From Puccinia triticina (lineage: Eukaryota): a DNA stretch of 64,000 bases. Position numbers and translations under genes: made by a program. The first letter of the stretch is position 1. Each line of letters starts with the position of its first letter. Shown one piece after another: positions 1-13,091 of this stretch. Below the pieces are notes generated by a model that saw nothing but the letters and a program-made list of their open reading frames with translations, made no database searches and had not been told where the DNA came from. The stretch lies in NCBI GenBank assembly GCA_026914245.1, contig CP110439.1, positions 1,054,001 through 1,118,000 on the forward strand. The letters are read 5' to 3'.

Positions 1-3000
1 TACCCGAAGGCAAACTAGAAACGGAGGTACTCGCACTAGGTGTTGGACTATTGGGTCGTCCACCTGGCGTATCAGGGCCAGCGGAGAGCAGAGCAGCAAA
101 TCCACCGAACCCGCGCAAGCTGGCACGCTTGTGAGTCCCGATAGAGTCAGCGACGCCGTGCGTGTAATGGTTGCGGCGACTAGCCATCCGTTGAAGACTT
201 CCATAAGCTCCAGGCTCCTGAGATTGAGGTTCGGCGAGATTTTGAGCAATCGGATGACTTTTGACGGCCATATAAATATCCTAATAAGAACCAAACATCA
301 CCATCAGCATCAATTCAATGAAAGCAATTGAAGTTTGGAGGAAAGGACAAGAAACAAGAAATCACCTTTAATAGGGATTCGACTTCCTTTTCAAACTGGG
401 CTTTGGTGGAGGCCTTCGGAGCGGGGGAACCATTTTCAGCTGATCTGAGATTCACTGTGCTTGGGAGATCATCAGCCCGACTGGCGGCAGGGGAGCAAGA
501 TGCGCCAGTGTCGAGGGACGCATGACGCTCATGATCGGTGCTGCTACTGCCTGGTAGAGGAGAGTAGACGCCGGAAGTTGCTGGAAGATCGTCCTCACTG
601 GGCCAGGAAGTGATGCTGTGGCTTCGGCGGGAAGTTTTTATGACGGGTTGGGAGCCAGTCCGAAGGGCATCCCGCCACCGCTCCATCGAGGGGCGAGCTG
701 CAGTGTGGGAGGAGGTACCCGAAGCGGGTAGAACGCGGGTGAGATCGACAAATGAAGTTCGTCGATTTCGCGTCGCCATGCTCCCGTTACTGGCCATTTT
801 GAAATTCGCCCTATACGTGTCGGCTGTGGTCGAGGAAGGCCGAGACGGTTCGATAATCGAGGCCTTCGACCGGTTTGCTTCGGGAAGGTCGAACTGAGAC
901 AGTTGCGCGTAGACGGTCTCCATGGTGTTGCGGATGAATTGAGAGCGTGACATGCGTGAGGTAGTGTCGACGACGTGAAGATCGGTATTGAGCAAAAGAA
1001 TCGAATACGACATAGCATGTACCATATCTACACGAGAAATATCACGGGGAGAGGGAAAGATGAGTAATGATATACCTCAATAAAGAGAAAGAGAAAAACA
1101 TGTAGGAGCAACTAACCAGCATTGACATAAATATTAGATTGATTTTGTTCCCAATACCTTCGACTGAACTCGGCCAAGATGCGGTCGACTTGTTGAGTTT
1201 CACCCTTGAGATACATCTTCGTGCAGAGCTTCCTGAAGGCAAGATCGATTCTGAGGTCTTTGAAGTCGAACTTGTCCATGAACGCGCGACGCGTTAGCGC
1301 TTGGAGTTGGTTCTCGGATGTCTCGGGGCTACCGAGCCATTCGGTCAGCTTCCGACGCTTGATAATCGACTCGTCCTCCTGCCAGAAGAGCTCGGCAAGC
1401 CTGTGGGCGTTTGCTTGTAACGTCATGCCCGGAACGTGGAGCGAGTGTGGCGGGTTGGAATGAACGGAATCTGGCTTGTCTGAGTGCTCCAGATTAGGGG
1501 AGGGTGCTGAAGTCGGCAGTGAATGTGGGTTGGAATGAGCGGCGAGGTTTTCCCGACTTGGAGGCAGAATTGTCCGCGAGTCCTCTTCAGGCTGTTGAGG
1601 CCCCGAGACGATGACGGAGAAGAAAGAGGAATCGGGTGGGGTTGACGGGCGAAGGCTCCTCAAGTTGGGTGAGGATTGGTGATTGCGGGGTGTGCGAATA
1701 TCGTCACTAGCGGGTCCGAGCTTGGTCGGCTGTGCTTGGTCGAGATCGCGCCTCTGGAGCTGAGGAATATGTTGAATGATAGAACGATCAGGCTCGACAA
1801 TCGGTTTGATGCCTAAGCCTGCGTTACCTCTCTTGGGAGGAGCGGGTTTAGATGACTGAGGCTGATGAGTCCTGATGCTGGAGGAGACATGCCCAGACGA
1901 TTTGGAGAATGCAGAGAGATCTCCACGGTTGAAAAGGGTTGATCGGGGATGTGATTGTGTATTAGGGCTAATGGGGGGTTTGGAAGATGAGGCTGTCGAC
2001 ATGGGATGCGTGCTTTGATTAGTTGTATTGACAGAGTTAGAGTGGCCTAGCTCAGAAGTAGTACTATCAGATGATGATACGAGCCGGATGCTCGGCGATA
2101 GAAGAGATAAAGGATCGTCGGTTTCACTATCTTCATCCTCATGTGTGAGTAGTCCCAGCAGGGGCTCGACTGTACTGCCGGGAGCTGTTTCAGCGCTGGT
2201 GGTGCGGGAGACAGGCTGTGATGAGATTTGAGGACGTCTGGAGGCGGCAGGGAACTGACTTCCGAGGATCTTCGGGGCCAGGGCACAGTCATCCTCGGTG
2301 TAACCTCGGCGTCGAAGATTGACAGATCGAACGGAAGTGAGCGGGCTGAAAGTGAGTTCTCGACTTTCTTTCATCGAGCTCGCTCGAGAGACAATTCCCT
2401 GGGGGCTGGACAGCCCGGAAGTAGTACTAAGATTGGGCGAGGAGATCGAGCCGGGATTAACCTGGATGGTTGAGCCGTCGCTCGAGGGGCTTTGCTGGGA
2501 GCTGAGGGCAGGAGATGTGACAATTGCCAGGCTGGAGGATGGGATCGGGCTCGAGTGGTCGAGATTGAGGGCTCTGATCCGGGACTGACTGAGGGACTTG
2601 TCAAGCGGCTCGGCCGGATATCTGGACTGGATAGCGGTGCGGTTCGGATTGACCAGGCTGGGCAAGCAGGTAGAGGCGGAGAGTGCGGCGCTGTCTGGAG
2701 GAGGGGGGTTTTTGTTTAGGTTGTACTGATGGCTCGTAGCCGGGTTGAGGACGAGCGGCTTGTTGAAGACCCGCTCAGAAATGCCCCCGTCTTGGGCGTG
2801 AGGGTTGCTGGGGTCGATTAGATCAGATGCAGCTGAGAAGAATGATGACATCGAACCAGATGATGAAAGAGTGTCAATATCAGGAGCTGATTGCAAGTCA
2901 AAGCCAGTGGAGTGAACAACTTGTTGCATATGTTCGATTGGTTCAGAAGGATGGAGAGCAGGAGAAGACTGACATGCTTTAGGAGTCTGAGGAGATATGG

Positions 3001-4075
3001 AGGAGAGACCCCCTCGGAGGACGCCATCTTGATCAAGATTCCAACGCTCGAGACTCAGTCGGAGTTTATCCTCCTCGCTCAGCCCGGTGCTGGAGAGGTT
3101 GGATAACCGGTGGGTTTGTGAAGGGGAGTCCGATGAGAGTAATGACGATGAGATAGATGCTGAGGCATGTTGACTGGCTGGGCCAGCAGACGAGCCGAGC
3201 TGGCCGCTATCAGCTCCACCCAGAGTGCTCGAGCTGGAGCCCAGAAAGGTGGTGGGGGTTAGCACGGGGCGAGTTTTGCCGGAGCGTAAATCAAAGGGTG
3301 CGGGGATGGTGCGCGTCTTGGAGAGGGATGAGGGGGGTAGGTTGGTTGAGCTTGGGGGACGTGATTGGGCTGCACGAGGGCTCAAAGGATCTGCGCGCTG
3401 CTCGGTGTAAGATACCAAGGCCCTGGAGGTTGAATGCAACCAAGAGGACTTGGGCTGAGAAGAAGGGGATGGCAAGGGGGGATGCTGCTTGGTAGAGCTG
3501 CGTGCAGGGCTGTGGGACCTGCTAGAAGCGCTCGGCGAGAAGAGGGATTCAGAGGGGGAGCCATGGCGGGTGAGCTGAGAGGCAGACATCGACTTGCGGA
3601 AAGCTTCTTGATGGGAATTGGCAAGAGTTTTCGAATTGGTTGGCGTCGATTGGTCCTGTCTGGAGTCTTCTGAATCTTGCGAGTGACCAGCCGAGGCGGG
3701 ACGGGCTAGGGATTGGCGCGTGGAGCCGGCGCTCGAGAGACGGGACTTGAGAGGCATGGGCGAATGACTAATATTATTATTCGGCTGAGAGCTCGAACTG
3801 CGATGATAAGAGGAGGGGATGTTGGGCACTGGAGGGGTTGAGTTGAGGGCTTTGTCTTGCTGATGCTGCTGGGATATGTCGTTGGTGAGAGGGTGGCGGG
3901 GGACGAGTGGCTCGGCGAATGTTGGCGAGAAGGCCAGCTGGAGTGGCTGGTGAGAGTTGGCCGTGGGTAACTGTTCACACTTTAGATCGGCTTGAGACAA
4001 TGAGGTGCTGAGCTTTCGGCGGAAGAAGCCACTCTTCTTGCGCATGGTAGAGGACGAGATCTGGGGCGGCTTCTT
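1..4075 (-). CDS. Sec7-domain ARF guanine-nucleotide exchange factor (3' end outside window); exons ~4075-1117, 1027-366, 280-<1
   Basis: Translation shows Sec7 motifs FDFKDLRIDLAFRKLC..LKGETQQVDRILAEFSRRY and, after splicing GT-AG intron 1116-1028, NADMVHAMSYSILLLNTDLH. Second GT-AG intron at 365-281. Long Ser/Pro-rich N-terminal region. Confidence 0.88.
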
Positions 4076-5588
4076 CTGGGCAGAGGCGAAGAAGGTTTTG
4101 CAGTGGGAGAGAGTGGCCCCACCAAAAAGGAAAGCACGGTTAGTATGCAGCCAACGGAGTGAGATGACACAGACAGACAGCGGTCGTTCTAGGGTGGTCG
4201 CCCGAGGCCTTTAGAGGGGAGAGGGTGCAGGCAAAGAGCCCAGGCGAGGAGGGGGGATTATATAGACCCTTGCAAGCCAAAGCAGAGACGCTGGCCAGGC
4301 GAGGGAGCCATGTAGCCCGGTATCCCATGGGGGTACATATCTCTACCTCTGGAGGATATGCAGCAGACAAGGAGAGGGTGGCTGAACTTGAACGAACCAG
4401 CGGATATCTGCATAGTCAGAGCGACTGCAGTCTGAGATTCTGCTGCTGAGGATAGTGGGAGGATGATGATGGGATTGCTGCATTGGGATGATGCCGGCTG
4501 AGGGAAGCGGTAGATACATAAGTCGAGATGATGACTTGCCCCCTTGGACCCGGCGATGGCCGGGGAGGACATAGCGCCAGCTGATGATCAGGAGGAATGC
4601 TGAAGACGAGGCTGCCGCCAGCAGGGTGATGCATAAGAAAATGGGTTTTCGCTATGAAAGAGTTGTTTGTAGACCTGTTGGAGATTAAAATTGGTTCGGA
4701 TAGCTTCCATAAAGCTTGTTGCCATTAAACAACTCTGATTACTGAACGGCAATCAACCTAGAAATCAACTCTTCAACTCCGACGCTTACATATTTATTTA
4801 GTACAGTTGCGAACCGAATGAAGGAATGCGTGCACTTGCACTTGCCGAAAAGAACTATGATCTGAGGCCGGTGTCGGGGTGGCTGGGCGGAGCTGGAGGA
4901 TGACCTCATACATATGGAAACAGCCAGGCTGCTTGAGACGACAGCTGGAGTGGCCAAGCCTTCAAATGTTTAAAATGATAACTATTGAAATCTGGCTGTA
5001 CGTGTTTAGTTACATACACTTGTCTTTGTACGAAATAACAGTGCGAATCTGAGATTTGATTCCCGATCTTTTCGGACCAGCCTGACAAGTCGTACACCAT
5101 CCTCAGCACATTTTGAACAGACCTCAAAGGGCAACCTTGACATATGTGTAGTAGCTCCCAGTAAAGTATAGTTCAAGTCTGGCGGGCATGGAGCACAACC
5201 CTGTTCGCCAAGCCCACCACTATACTGACCCTGAAATGTTGTAGACATTCCGATAGTACATACAAGACATAAGGTGTAGTCCGGTGGTTCAGGGTGGTTT
5301 CCATGGCGAAGGGCAGGGAGGATATGTACGCCCCATGAATGCCAACCATCCAATACATCCGCGGCGAACGCCAACGGCGTTCAACATGTTGAAGCAGGAG
5401 AGCAGCATAGGCCGCGGGGCTGACGATTGTTCATTGGGGCTGCACAGATGCATGTGTGCGCACAGCAGCGGCCAGCAGACATGTGACAGAGTGACCAGAC
5501 ACGCAGACAGGGAGAAGAGGGGCAAGGACGAGAAAGAGAAAGAGACAGAGACAGAGACAGAGGCGGTGGGAAGAGGCGAAAGACTTAC

Positions 5589-6746
5589 CGGGACGGCGGA
5601 GCTCGAGACGAGCTGAGGATCGCTTGGGGACGGCCCGGAGCAGGCGCGGGGCCGGGCGCGTGTGACCGGCGGGAGGCTGGAATGGGTCGCGGCGCAGGAA
5701 TCGACGGAGGATCCCGGAACGGTTTCGGGGGGGCCGCCTGCCCAGAAAGCGTAGAGACCCCCGCCCTGAGACTTACTCCGTTGGGGCTTCCGCTTCCTTG
5801 GGCCGGCTGAGGAGCGCATGGTGTCCATCGAGATCGGCAGACAGGAAGCCATCGCTATGGCTTCCAGCTCGGACGTCGGATCGGACGCACGCAACTCCAT
5901 CGACTCGATCTCCTCCTCCTGGTCTGCATCGTCCAACAGAGATGAGGAGAGCCGCGGCTGCTGGCTTCTGGTCGATGTCAGCTCGGCCAGGCTTTGGGCA
6001 TCGACGCTGGGGAGTCGAACGGACGAGGAGGGAGAGGAGTCGAGCTCAGCTGGCGTGTATGATCGTAGCTTGTTTTCCGATAGGCAGTATGGCCATGCGG
6101 GCCCGGCAATGTGTTGAGAGGACTGAGATACCAAGGCAGACCGGGGTTCTAGGGAGGGGCCTAGGGTGCTAGGCTTTCCGTCTATCGATTCGCTGAGGCT
6201 GGGGCGGACGGGAGGTGAATCCAAGGAGGATGTGGAGGTATAATAGTTGTACGTGGGAGGCGAGCAGATGAATTCCTTGGATTGCTGAGCTCGATCACGG
6301 GCTGATCGGACCAAGCTGGCCAAGTCGAGCACGTTTGCCGTTCCGCCCTGGCGGAGGACACTCAAGCGCTGAGGTGTAGGATGGCGGTGGATAGACAAGT
6401 CGGAGGAGGGATTGGACGCGGGTGGCGCGGCCTTTTTGGGGGAAGACGAGGGTGTCTGGGCTGGAGTGCGAGTACTGGAAGGATGGTAAGGACTGGATCT
6501 GGGATTGTGAGGCTCCGTGGAATGGTCGCCATGAGAGCCCCCGGGCACCGGACTGAGAGGGCCTGATGAGAAATCAGTTATCAGGCCGGTGGTGGCCGTA
6601 TAGAAGTTGTTGGTCATGAGGTCTAAGGATTGGAAGGAGGACGAGGTAGGATCTGAAGCCAGAGTGATTTCTGACAGTTGTGGGTACGAAGTGCAGTCTG
6701 ATTCACTGGAGGATCGCGTGACAGTAGGTTCATCATGGCATTCCAT
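5589..6746 (-). CDS. Ser/Pro-rich coding exon; probable first exon of the Sec7 gene (otherwise a separate hypothetical protein)
   Basis: ATG at 6746 with an in-frame stop just upstream. Consensus donor CCG|GTAAGT at 5588 (phase 0) matches the phase-0 acceptor at 4076. Confidence 0.55.
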
Positions 6747-7937
6747 CGTTCAAGGACTGGCAAGATGTCTGGGGGACGCAGTCGGAGCTCGGATGAGTTA
6801 CTGTGGACTGCAAACCTTCAGTTCGAGCTTGACGCACGGAAGGTTTGTGTTGAAGAGCAAGGTTAGCGAATCCAAGGCAAGCCGAATGGGTGGGGGAACC
6901 CAGCTTGCGATCGAATCGAAGGCGACTGGGAATGAGACGATTATCAGAGGAAGCTGAGGGTAATGTCGGATCAGCAAAAAGACTGGCGATATGGAGAAGC
7001 CAATCGATCGGGTGCTTTATTTATGCACTTTTGGAGTGTTAAGGGTGGCAAAGGACGGAGGAAGGTGCGAGAGCTTTAAATGAAAAGGCACCCGGCTAGC
7101 AGCAGTCGTGTTGATGAGGTGGAGGTATTTTAGGTCGAAGGCTAAAAGCATGATTCTATGGGTCTATGTAAATACTCTCTTGCCATGCAGGCCATGTAGT
7201 TCGCTGGATCGCCCAACAGCACACGGGAGGCGGAGGAATGACTGGAGGATCGAAGCCGGAACGGAGGGCGGGCGGGTGGGGGCTGAGGCGAGAAGATGGA
7301 ATGCTTGGTCCTCCTGGAACAAGCGTGCTGGTCCCTGGAACGAGAGAAGCTGCTGGAGAGGCGAGCGCGGACGGAGACGGCACTGGAATAAATGTATGTA
7401 TTGGCGGATGGGACACGGTTGTCTTGAGTTTTCGAACTACTCGAGACGGGACAATCGAATGTGCTCACTGGGGCCTGGATCCCAGAGAACAGTCCATCGG
7501 CACATAGCGAGCACGGCGAGCGAACCAGCCTGGCTCCGGACTCCGATGACCCAATAAGGCGGAAGTGGCGGACGAAAGCATGGCGACGAAGAGTCGGAGT
7601 ATATAGTAGTATGCCTTTCCTCAATATGCTCCCTTCTTCCTGCGTCCCGGCCCATACGGGCCACGGCCATATCCATAGCCAGACTTCAGCAGCCAAGAAG
7701 GAAGCCCAAAGATCAGATTCGACACGTGGTTGCGGTGTACCACTCGCTTAGCTTAACTAATCTCCAGCTTCTTCCCCGGGCGGAGTGGTGCAGAAACCAC
7801 GTGTCGCATTGCGTCGACCGGAGAAGGGGGAGTCCGCATACATAACACAAGTACAGCAGTAAAACGAAGGCTGTCCGCTGTCGCTCGTGGGCTTCCATGT
7901 TGTCCACAGGGCCTAAGTTCCTGTGGGCCCAACACTA

Positions 7938-8266
7938 CAGCAGATACGAAAAAGCTTGCGTTTGGGGGGTCTGAAAATCCGACCCCCAGGCTCAGAAAAA
8001 GCCACACCCAAACAAAGCCACAGAGAGATACAGGACCTGTATCTCTCTGTGGTTTCCATACCCCCCACCCCCCGATGCCGGCACCATATCCCCCCCCCAT
8101 TCCGGCCGCACCCACCCCAGCCATCCTCGATCCCCCAGCCCCCCAAATCCCCCCCCCCCACTCAGCCCGTTGTGAGTTTCTCAATCCCTCCCTCGTCTCT
8201 CCTTCCTGGCTTTGGCTGACCCACCGACCTCTGCACCCTCCCCCCAGGCCCAAAACCATTGGACCA
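7938..8266 (+). repeat. Left TIR of the Tc1-like element
   Basis: Reverse complement of 12898-13228 with a few substitutions and one C-run length difference (9 vs 11). Confidence 0.93.
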
Positions 8267-10866
8267 GCCGAGATCAGTCGAACACCCCGCAGCAGAGCAT
8301 TTGCCCGCTTTGCAGGTATGTAAATTTGGAACTTCGTTATTCTTCATCCTCCGGCTGACATCCCCTGGGGATCTCACACGCTCAGGTATCAACGGCCGAT
8401 GGACCACCAGTTTGACTCACGAATCCCGCCACTCCCCTTTGCAAACGAGCCCGGCGGCACCCAAGAATCCTACTTGGGGCCGTCTCTGGGCAATGTACCC
8501 GACTCAAGATCGTACGTGCTATTCGACCAGTCGCAAACGCAGGCGTTCCCGTCGCAATCGCAAACCCAGCCCCTTCCTTCCCCGAATCACGGGCTACCCA
8601 ACAGCCAGGCGCCTGCCCCGCAACCACAGCCGCTGCATGCGTATCCACAACCACCCCAAGTACCGCCCAACTTGCAGCCGCAACCCCACTCCTCGCCGCC
8701 GCGCTCCCAGGTCGCCTCTCCCGCCCACCCACCACGCCAGCAGCAATCAAAGGAATCCACCGCGTCCAAATTCAAGGGCCCTCCAAGGGCAATCATCCTT
8801 GAATTTGCGGTTTTTGCCCCTTCGGTTGCCCACGAGATCGCCCTAGCTCAGAAGGGGAAACCGACGCCGGCCGTGCCCGAATGGTCAAAGTTAGGCCACA
8901 CAGGCGTCATTACCTGGATGGTCCACCTCTCGGACTACTCATTTGACTTGTTCAAACGAGATTTCATCACGAGGGTGTCGGTCGATCGTGAACATGTCTG
9001 CACGCATTTGAGGAAGTTGGAGTTGGAGGGCAATAAGATCCAGTGGCGGTGCACAATCCACAACAATTGTGTTTTCGGAGTCGCCCGCAACACGGCAGTC
9101 ACATCCAAGGAAGAATGGTCGAACTTCGTGACGGAGGTAGCTCGCAACCCCGGGAATGAGGTCAAAGTGAAAATCACCATGCAGGACCCATCAGTCCTGG
9201 AGAAGCAGGCTGCCGCGGTGAGATCACTCTTTCTCATTTGGAGCTTTTGATCGGATGGGCTGACTTTTGTAACCTTTCCCCAAAGGTGCGAGCTCAAGAC
9301 GAAAACCTGGCCCTTATTCATGCGCCAGAGGAAACGCGCCTGGCGCTGCAACGTAAGGCGACTCGCTTGGTGATGAACGTAAGTCATCCTTACGGTCTTT
9401 ACGGTCTACTTACGTTCATCGCTGGTTTTGGATGCTGACTGCCTCCTCAGCCAAAGGCCGATGTAGACTCAGCTGAGGTAATACAGATTGTGGGCGACCT
9501 GACAGCGCACATTATCGCGAAGTACGGTGGGAACACCAAGAACCTCCGGATTAAAGACCCGCTCAATTCGTCCAAGGCCTCGATTCCGATCTACACAAAT
9601 AACTTGTGGCAGTGGGCACGGGCCATCCGTCACGGGGCCCCAGGAGTGGACTACGACAATCCCCCCAGGTCGAAGGACTTCGTAAGCGAAAAAGTTCCCA
9701 TCCTCACCCTAGACGAGGTCGCCAAAAAGGCGCCGATCCATTGCAAAGGCAAAGGCGGCGGCAAGGCCGCCAAATCCAACTCCGCCACCCCAAAGTTCAC
9801 TCCAGCCCGGGTCACCGCAAACGGGATCGTCCGCCCCCCCCGGATGATCCATGATACACCGACGCCGGCTCGGGTTGGTTCGGATCGCGCGAAGGCAGGG
9901 GCCTCGCGGGCAACAACCAGTACACCCCAAGCGGCGCCGCCACCGATTCAACCCCCTTCACCTTGGATCCCAGTGCCCGCCGTGTCCTATTGGGGGGATC
10001 CTTGCGACGGCGAGATGGCTCCTATATCCCAACCACGCGTCCCCATAAACGCCCGGGTGGGGGTGCCCATCCGATCAGAATCCCCTCAGGGGTTGCCTGA
10101 CGTCAACGAGCTGGACCGCCTGAGCCCGAGTGCCCCGGGGTCGCCCTCCGAGTCGCAGGCCAACTCGTCGGACACCGATCACTACCCTGAGGACCCAGCC
10201 GAGCATGACGCAATGGAGCGTGCACTGCGCCCCTTCGCCGAACCGCCAGCTAAGTCCCCACAGCAGTCAATCTCCGTGGCCAGCACGGAAATCGAGTGCG
10301 TCTCTGGTGGAAAAGAACACCTGGCGATTGACCGGTTGCCTGTCCGCAAACTACCGCGCAGCCCGGCCACCGACGGGGTAGCTCACACACTGAGTCGACT
10401 TCAATTCAACCGACACCGCTCACCGCCTTGCCGGGACGCTAAATCCCCAACTCGCAAGGCTCCGGGGTCCAGGGCGTCTTCCGCTATCCAGCTAGGCTCG
10501 GGCCGCTCCGCAGCCACCCGCCCGGAAGTCTCTGGGATCGAACCGACTGAGGTGGACTCCCTAGACGGGTGGGTATCCAATTCTTTGCCCAAGAATAGCT
10601 ATGGCCATCAGTACCCCAGACACCTCAACGCTGCTGGCCGCGCGCTCACAATGGAGCAATTCCTCGACCACTGCAATTTTCATCCAAACAACCCAAACCC
10701 TTGGGCGTTAATCAACATCTCGCTGGTCAGCCATTGGAGCTTCTTCGCGGAGACCAACCTGGCGGAGTTACAGTCCATGAACTATCCGATACCTCTAGCT
10801 CGGAAGCTCTTGACTGGGGCACAGACTTTAATCCCTACCCACTATGATCGATCTCCATCCCATTAG
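8075..10866 (+). CDS. Transposon cargo gene, Pro-rich protein of unknown function (~830 aa); exons 8075-8171, 8248-8315, 8386-9217, 9286-9378, 9451-10866
   Basis: Four GT-AG introns with CTGAC branch sites join ORFs 8399-9250 and 9490-10866 in frame. Exon 1 is out of frame by one base at a C9 run; otherwise the start is Met 8399. Confidence 0.75.
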
Positions 10867-11665
10867 GCCATAATGAGTGTTTGGAGGGTTGCTCAACATA
10901 GGAAGTTTTTTTTTGCGGGCGGCAGCCTTTTTTTTTCTTCCTGATGAGACCCATAGCAGCCCCCTTCCTTTCTTTATCCGATTCCTATCTTGGTTATGTG
11001 TTTCTTTTACTCTTATATCCGTGACCACCTTTTTCCATTTTATCTTAGTTATGTTTTCCTCTTACTCTTATATCCGTGACATTCTCTTAATGGAATGCAT
11101 ACATATATCTTAGCTCCAATAAACAGACAGTGCGGGCGGGCGCCAGTCTTGGGCCCGCCGGCTCCGCCGGGATGTGAGTTTGACTTTGCCTAAAATGTCC
11201 GAGTCCCTCTGCGGCCCAGTTTACCGCTGGGGCCCGGGGACCGTCTGCAAATAGAAAGACTTTGCCAAAAATGATGGGGCCCGGGGGCCGTCTGCAATTG
11301 TCCCTCTGGGGCCCAGCAATTTTTTACAAGTCACGGAATTGCGCGTGGGGCCAGACAAGATGACTCATTAATTTGAAGTACCGGCCGGCAAGGACAAGTC
11401 CCCACCACGGACGTAATCTTTCCAAGTCCTGGCCCACAAAGATAGACCAGTGCCCACACAGCCTAGTCACGTAGGCCCACCATATCTCACAAGTCCCCAC
11501 CGACCGGCTCAGAGGCCGGCTCAGAGGGATGCGCTCAGAGGGCTCCTTATAAAGAGGCAGAGACTCGAGACTATTTAATTCTCATTTGAAGAAGTAAAGA
11601 GGAAAGGAACAATAAAATAGCCAAGAAAGACAACAAGAAAGCGAGTCATTAAAAAACTATCAGGC

Positions 11666-13091
11666 TCAGGCCCTGCACCCACTGCCCCAAAAAAGTTTTT
11701 GCATCAAATTGGGGGTGGCAATCCTTGGGAGCACCCCCTTGATAATGTCGGCGTCCAACTCGGTCCCGGTGAGCATCCGATGTCGTTTGAGGTGCGACTT
11801 GAGGTTTGAGAAGACCTTCTCAATCGGATTCATGTCCGGCGAGTAAGGCGCTAAATATATCAGCAACACCTGATTTTCCGCGCAAATCTCGGCGATCCGT
11901 CCTCTATGGTGAATTGCTGCATTGTCCATGATGAGCACGCTGTTCCTGCCAGGGAACGGATTCATCACAGGCATCTGAAAAAATTGAGACAAGTACGTAA
12001 GTAAGCCGCTGAGGTCCGCCAAAGAAAAAGCAAAAAAAAAAGGAATCCCTACCAGAACATCCTCTAAAAAGTACTCAATGTCAACGCGACGCATCGTCCC
12101 CTCCTGCGCCATCACACATAGCATGCCATTGAGTGAAACCGCCGGACACACCGAGATACGGGGCGCATCGTGAGCACGAGGGATTTGTTTCGTCCGACGG
12201 CCGCGGGTTGACCACGCACGATCGCGTGAGTGGGTACCAAGAGACACTCCGCATTTGTCTGGATGCAGCCAATGCGTCAGCCAAACTAGCCAAATAGATA
12301 CCACAAAGCAAACCACCCTGGACTTACCTATAAACACAAAGTAGTTGGATGGGTATGGGCCCACCTGGGTCACATATCGGGCTCTTTTCACTGGGCATTG
12401 CGCCGGGTGGACGGTCCGGGCAACCTTCTTTGAGAAGTTGAGCCGGCTCCTCAACTCGTCCGAGATCGAGGCAATTCGGTGAATTTCGCCTGTCATGGTC
12501 TCCAGGTGAGACTGAATCTCATCTAGGTAGAGTGTTGGCTCTAACTCGAGGGCCGAGAGGATAAATTCCCGCTCCTCGGCCGAGAAGGATAGCGGCCAAC
12601 CTCTGTCTTCATACAGCGCCGGGTCACGCACCACATCTCGAGTGGTTCGATACAGGCGATTCCATCGCGCCAAAGAGTCGTGAGAGACATTCTTATCAAT
12701 TGTGTCATTGATTTCATCGAGGGTCAGTCCGCGGAGGCTGAGCTTGACAACAATCACCTTGACGTCTCGGGCGTACTTCACGAACCCCATTCGGGAGGGC
12801 GGCTGGCTGGATGATTGGGGAAATCGGAGGATCAGACCTATTGATCTATCATGGGGGAAAAAAAAACCTACATAATACTGACCACCTTGCGGGTTATTGG
12901 TCCAATGGTTTCGGGCCTGGGGGGAGGGTGCAGAGGTCGGTGGGTCAGCCAAAGCCAGGAAGGAGAGACGAGGGAGGGATTGAGAAACTCACAACGGGCT
13001 GAGTGGGGGGGGGGGATTTGGGGGGCTGGGGGATCAAGGATGGCTGGGGTGGGTGCGGCCGGAATGGGGGGGGGGGATATGGTGCCGGCAT
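11666..13091 (-). CDS. Tc1/IS630-family DD34E transposase (DDE_3-like); exons 13091-12993, 12916-12872, 12802-12328, 12258-12053, 11974-11666 (alternative start Met 12790)
   Basis: HTH-like N-terminus (SLARWNRLY, LYLDEIQSHL). Catalytic FID, VLIMDNAAIH and YLAPYSPDMNPIE, with 34 residues between the second D and E. GT-AG introns. Confidence 0.9.

Noticed and set aside
7108..7751. Short ORFs on both strands upstream of the 6746 ORF
   Set aside because: No domain, splice support or consistent frame; likely promoter or 5'UTR.
8386..10866. Fanzor/TnpB-like nuclease as Tc1 cargo
   Set aside because: No RuvC D-E-D motifs or CxxC zinc finger visible in the translation.
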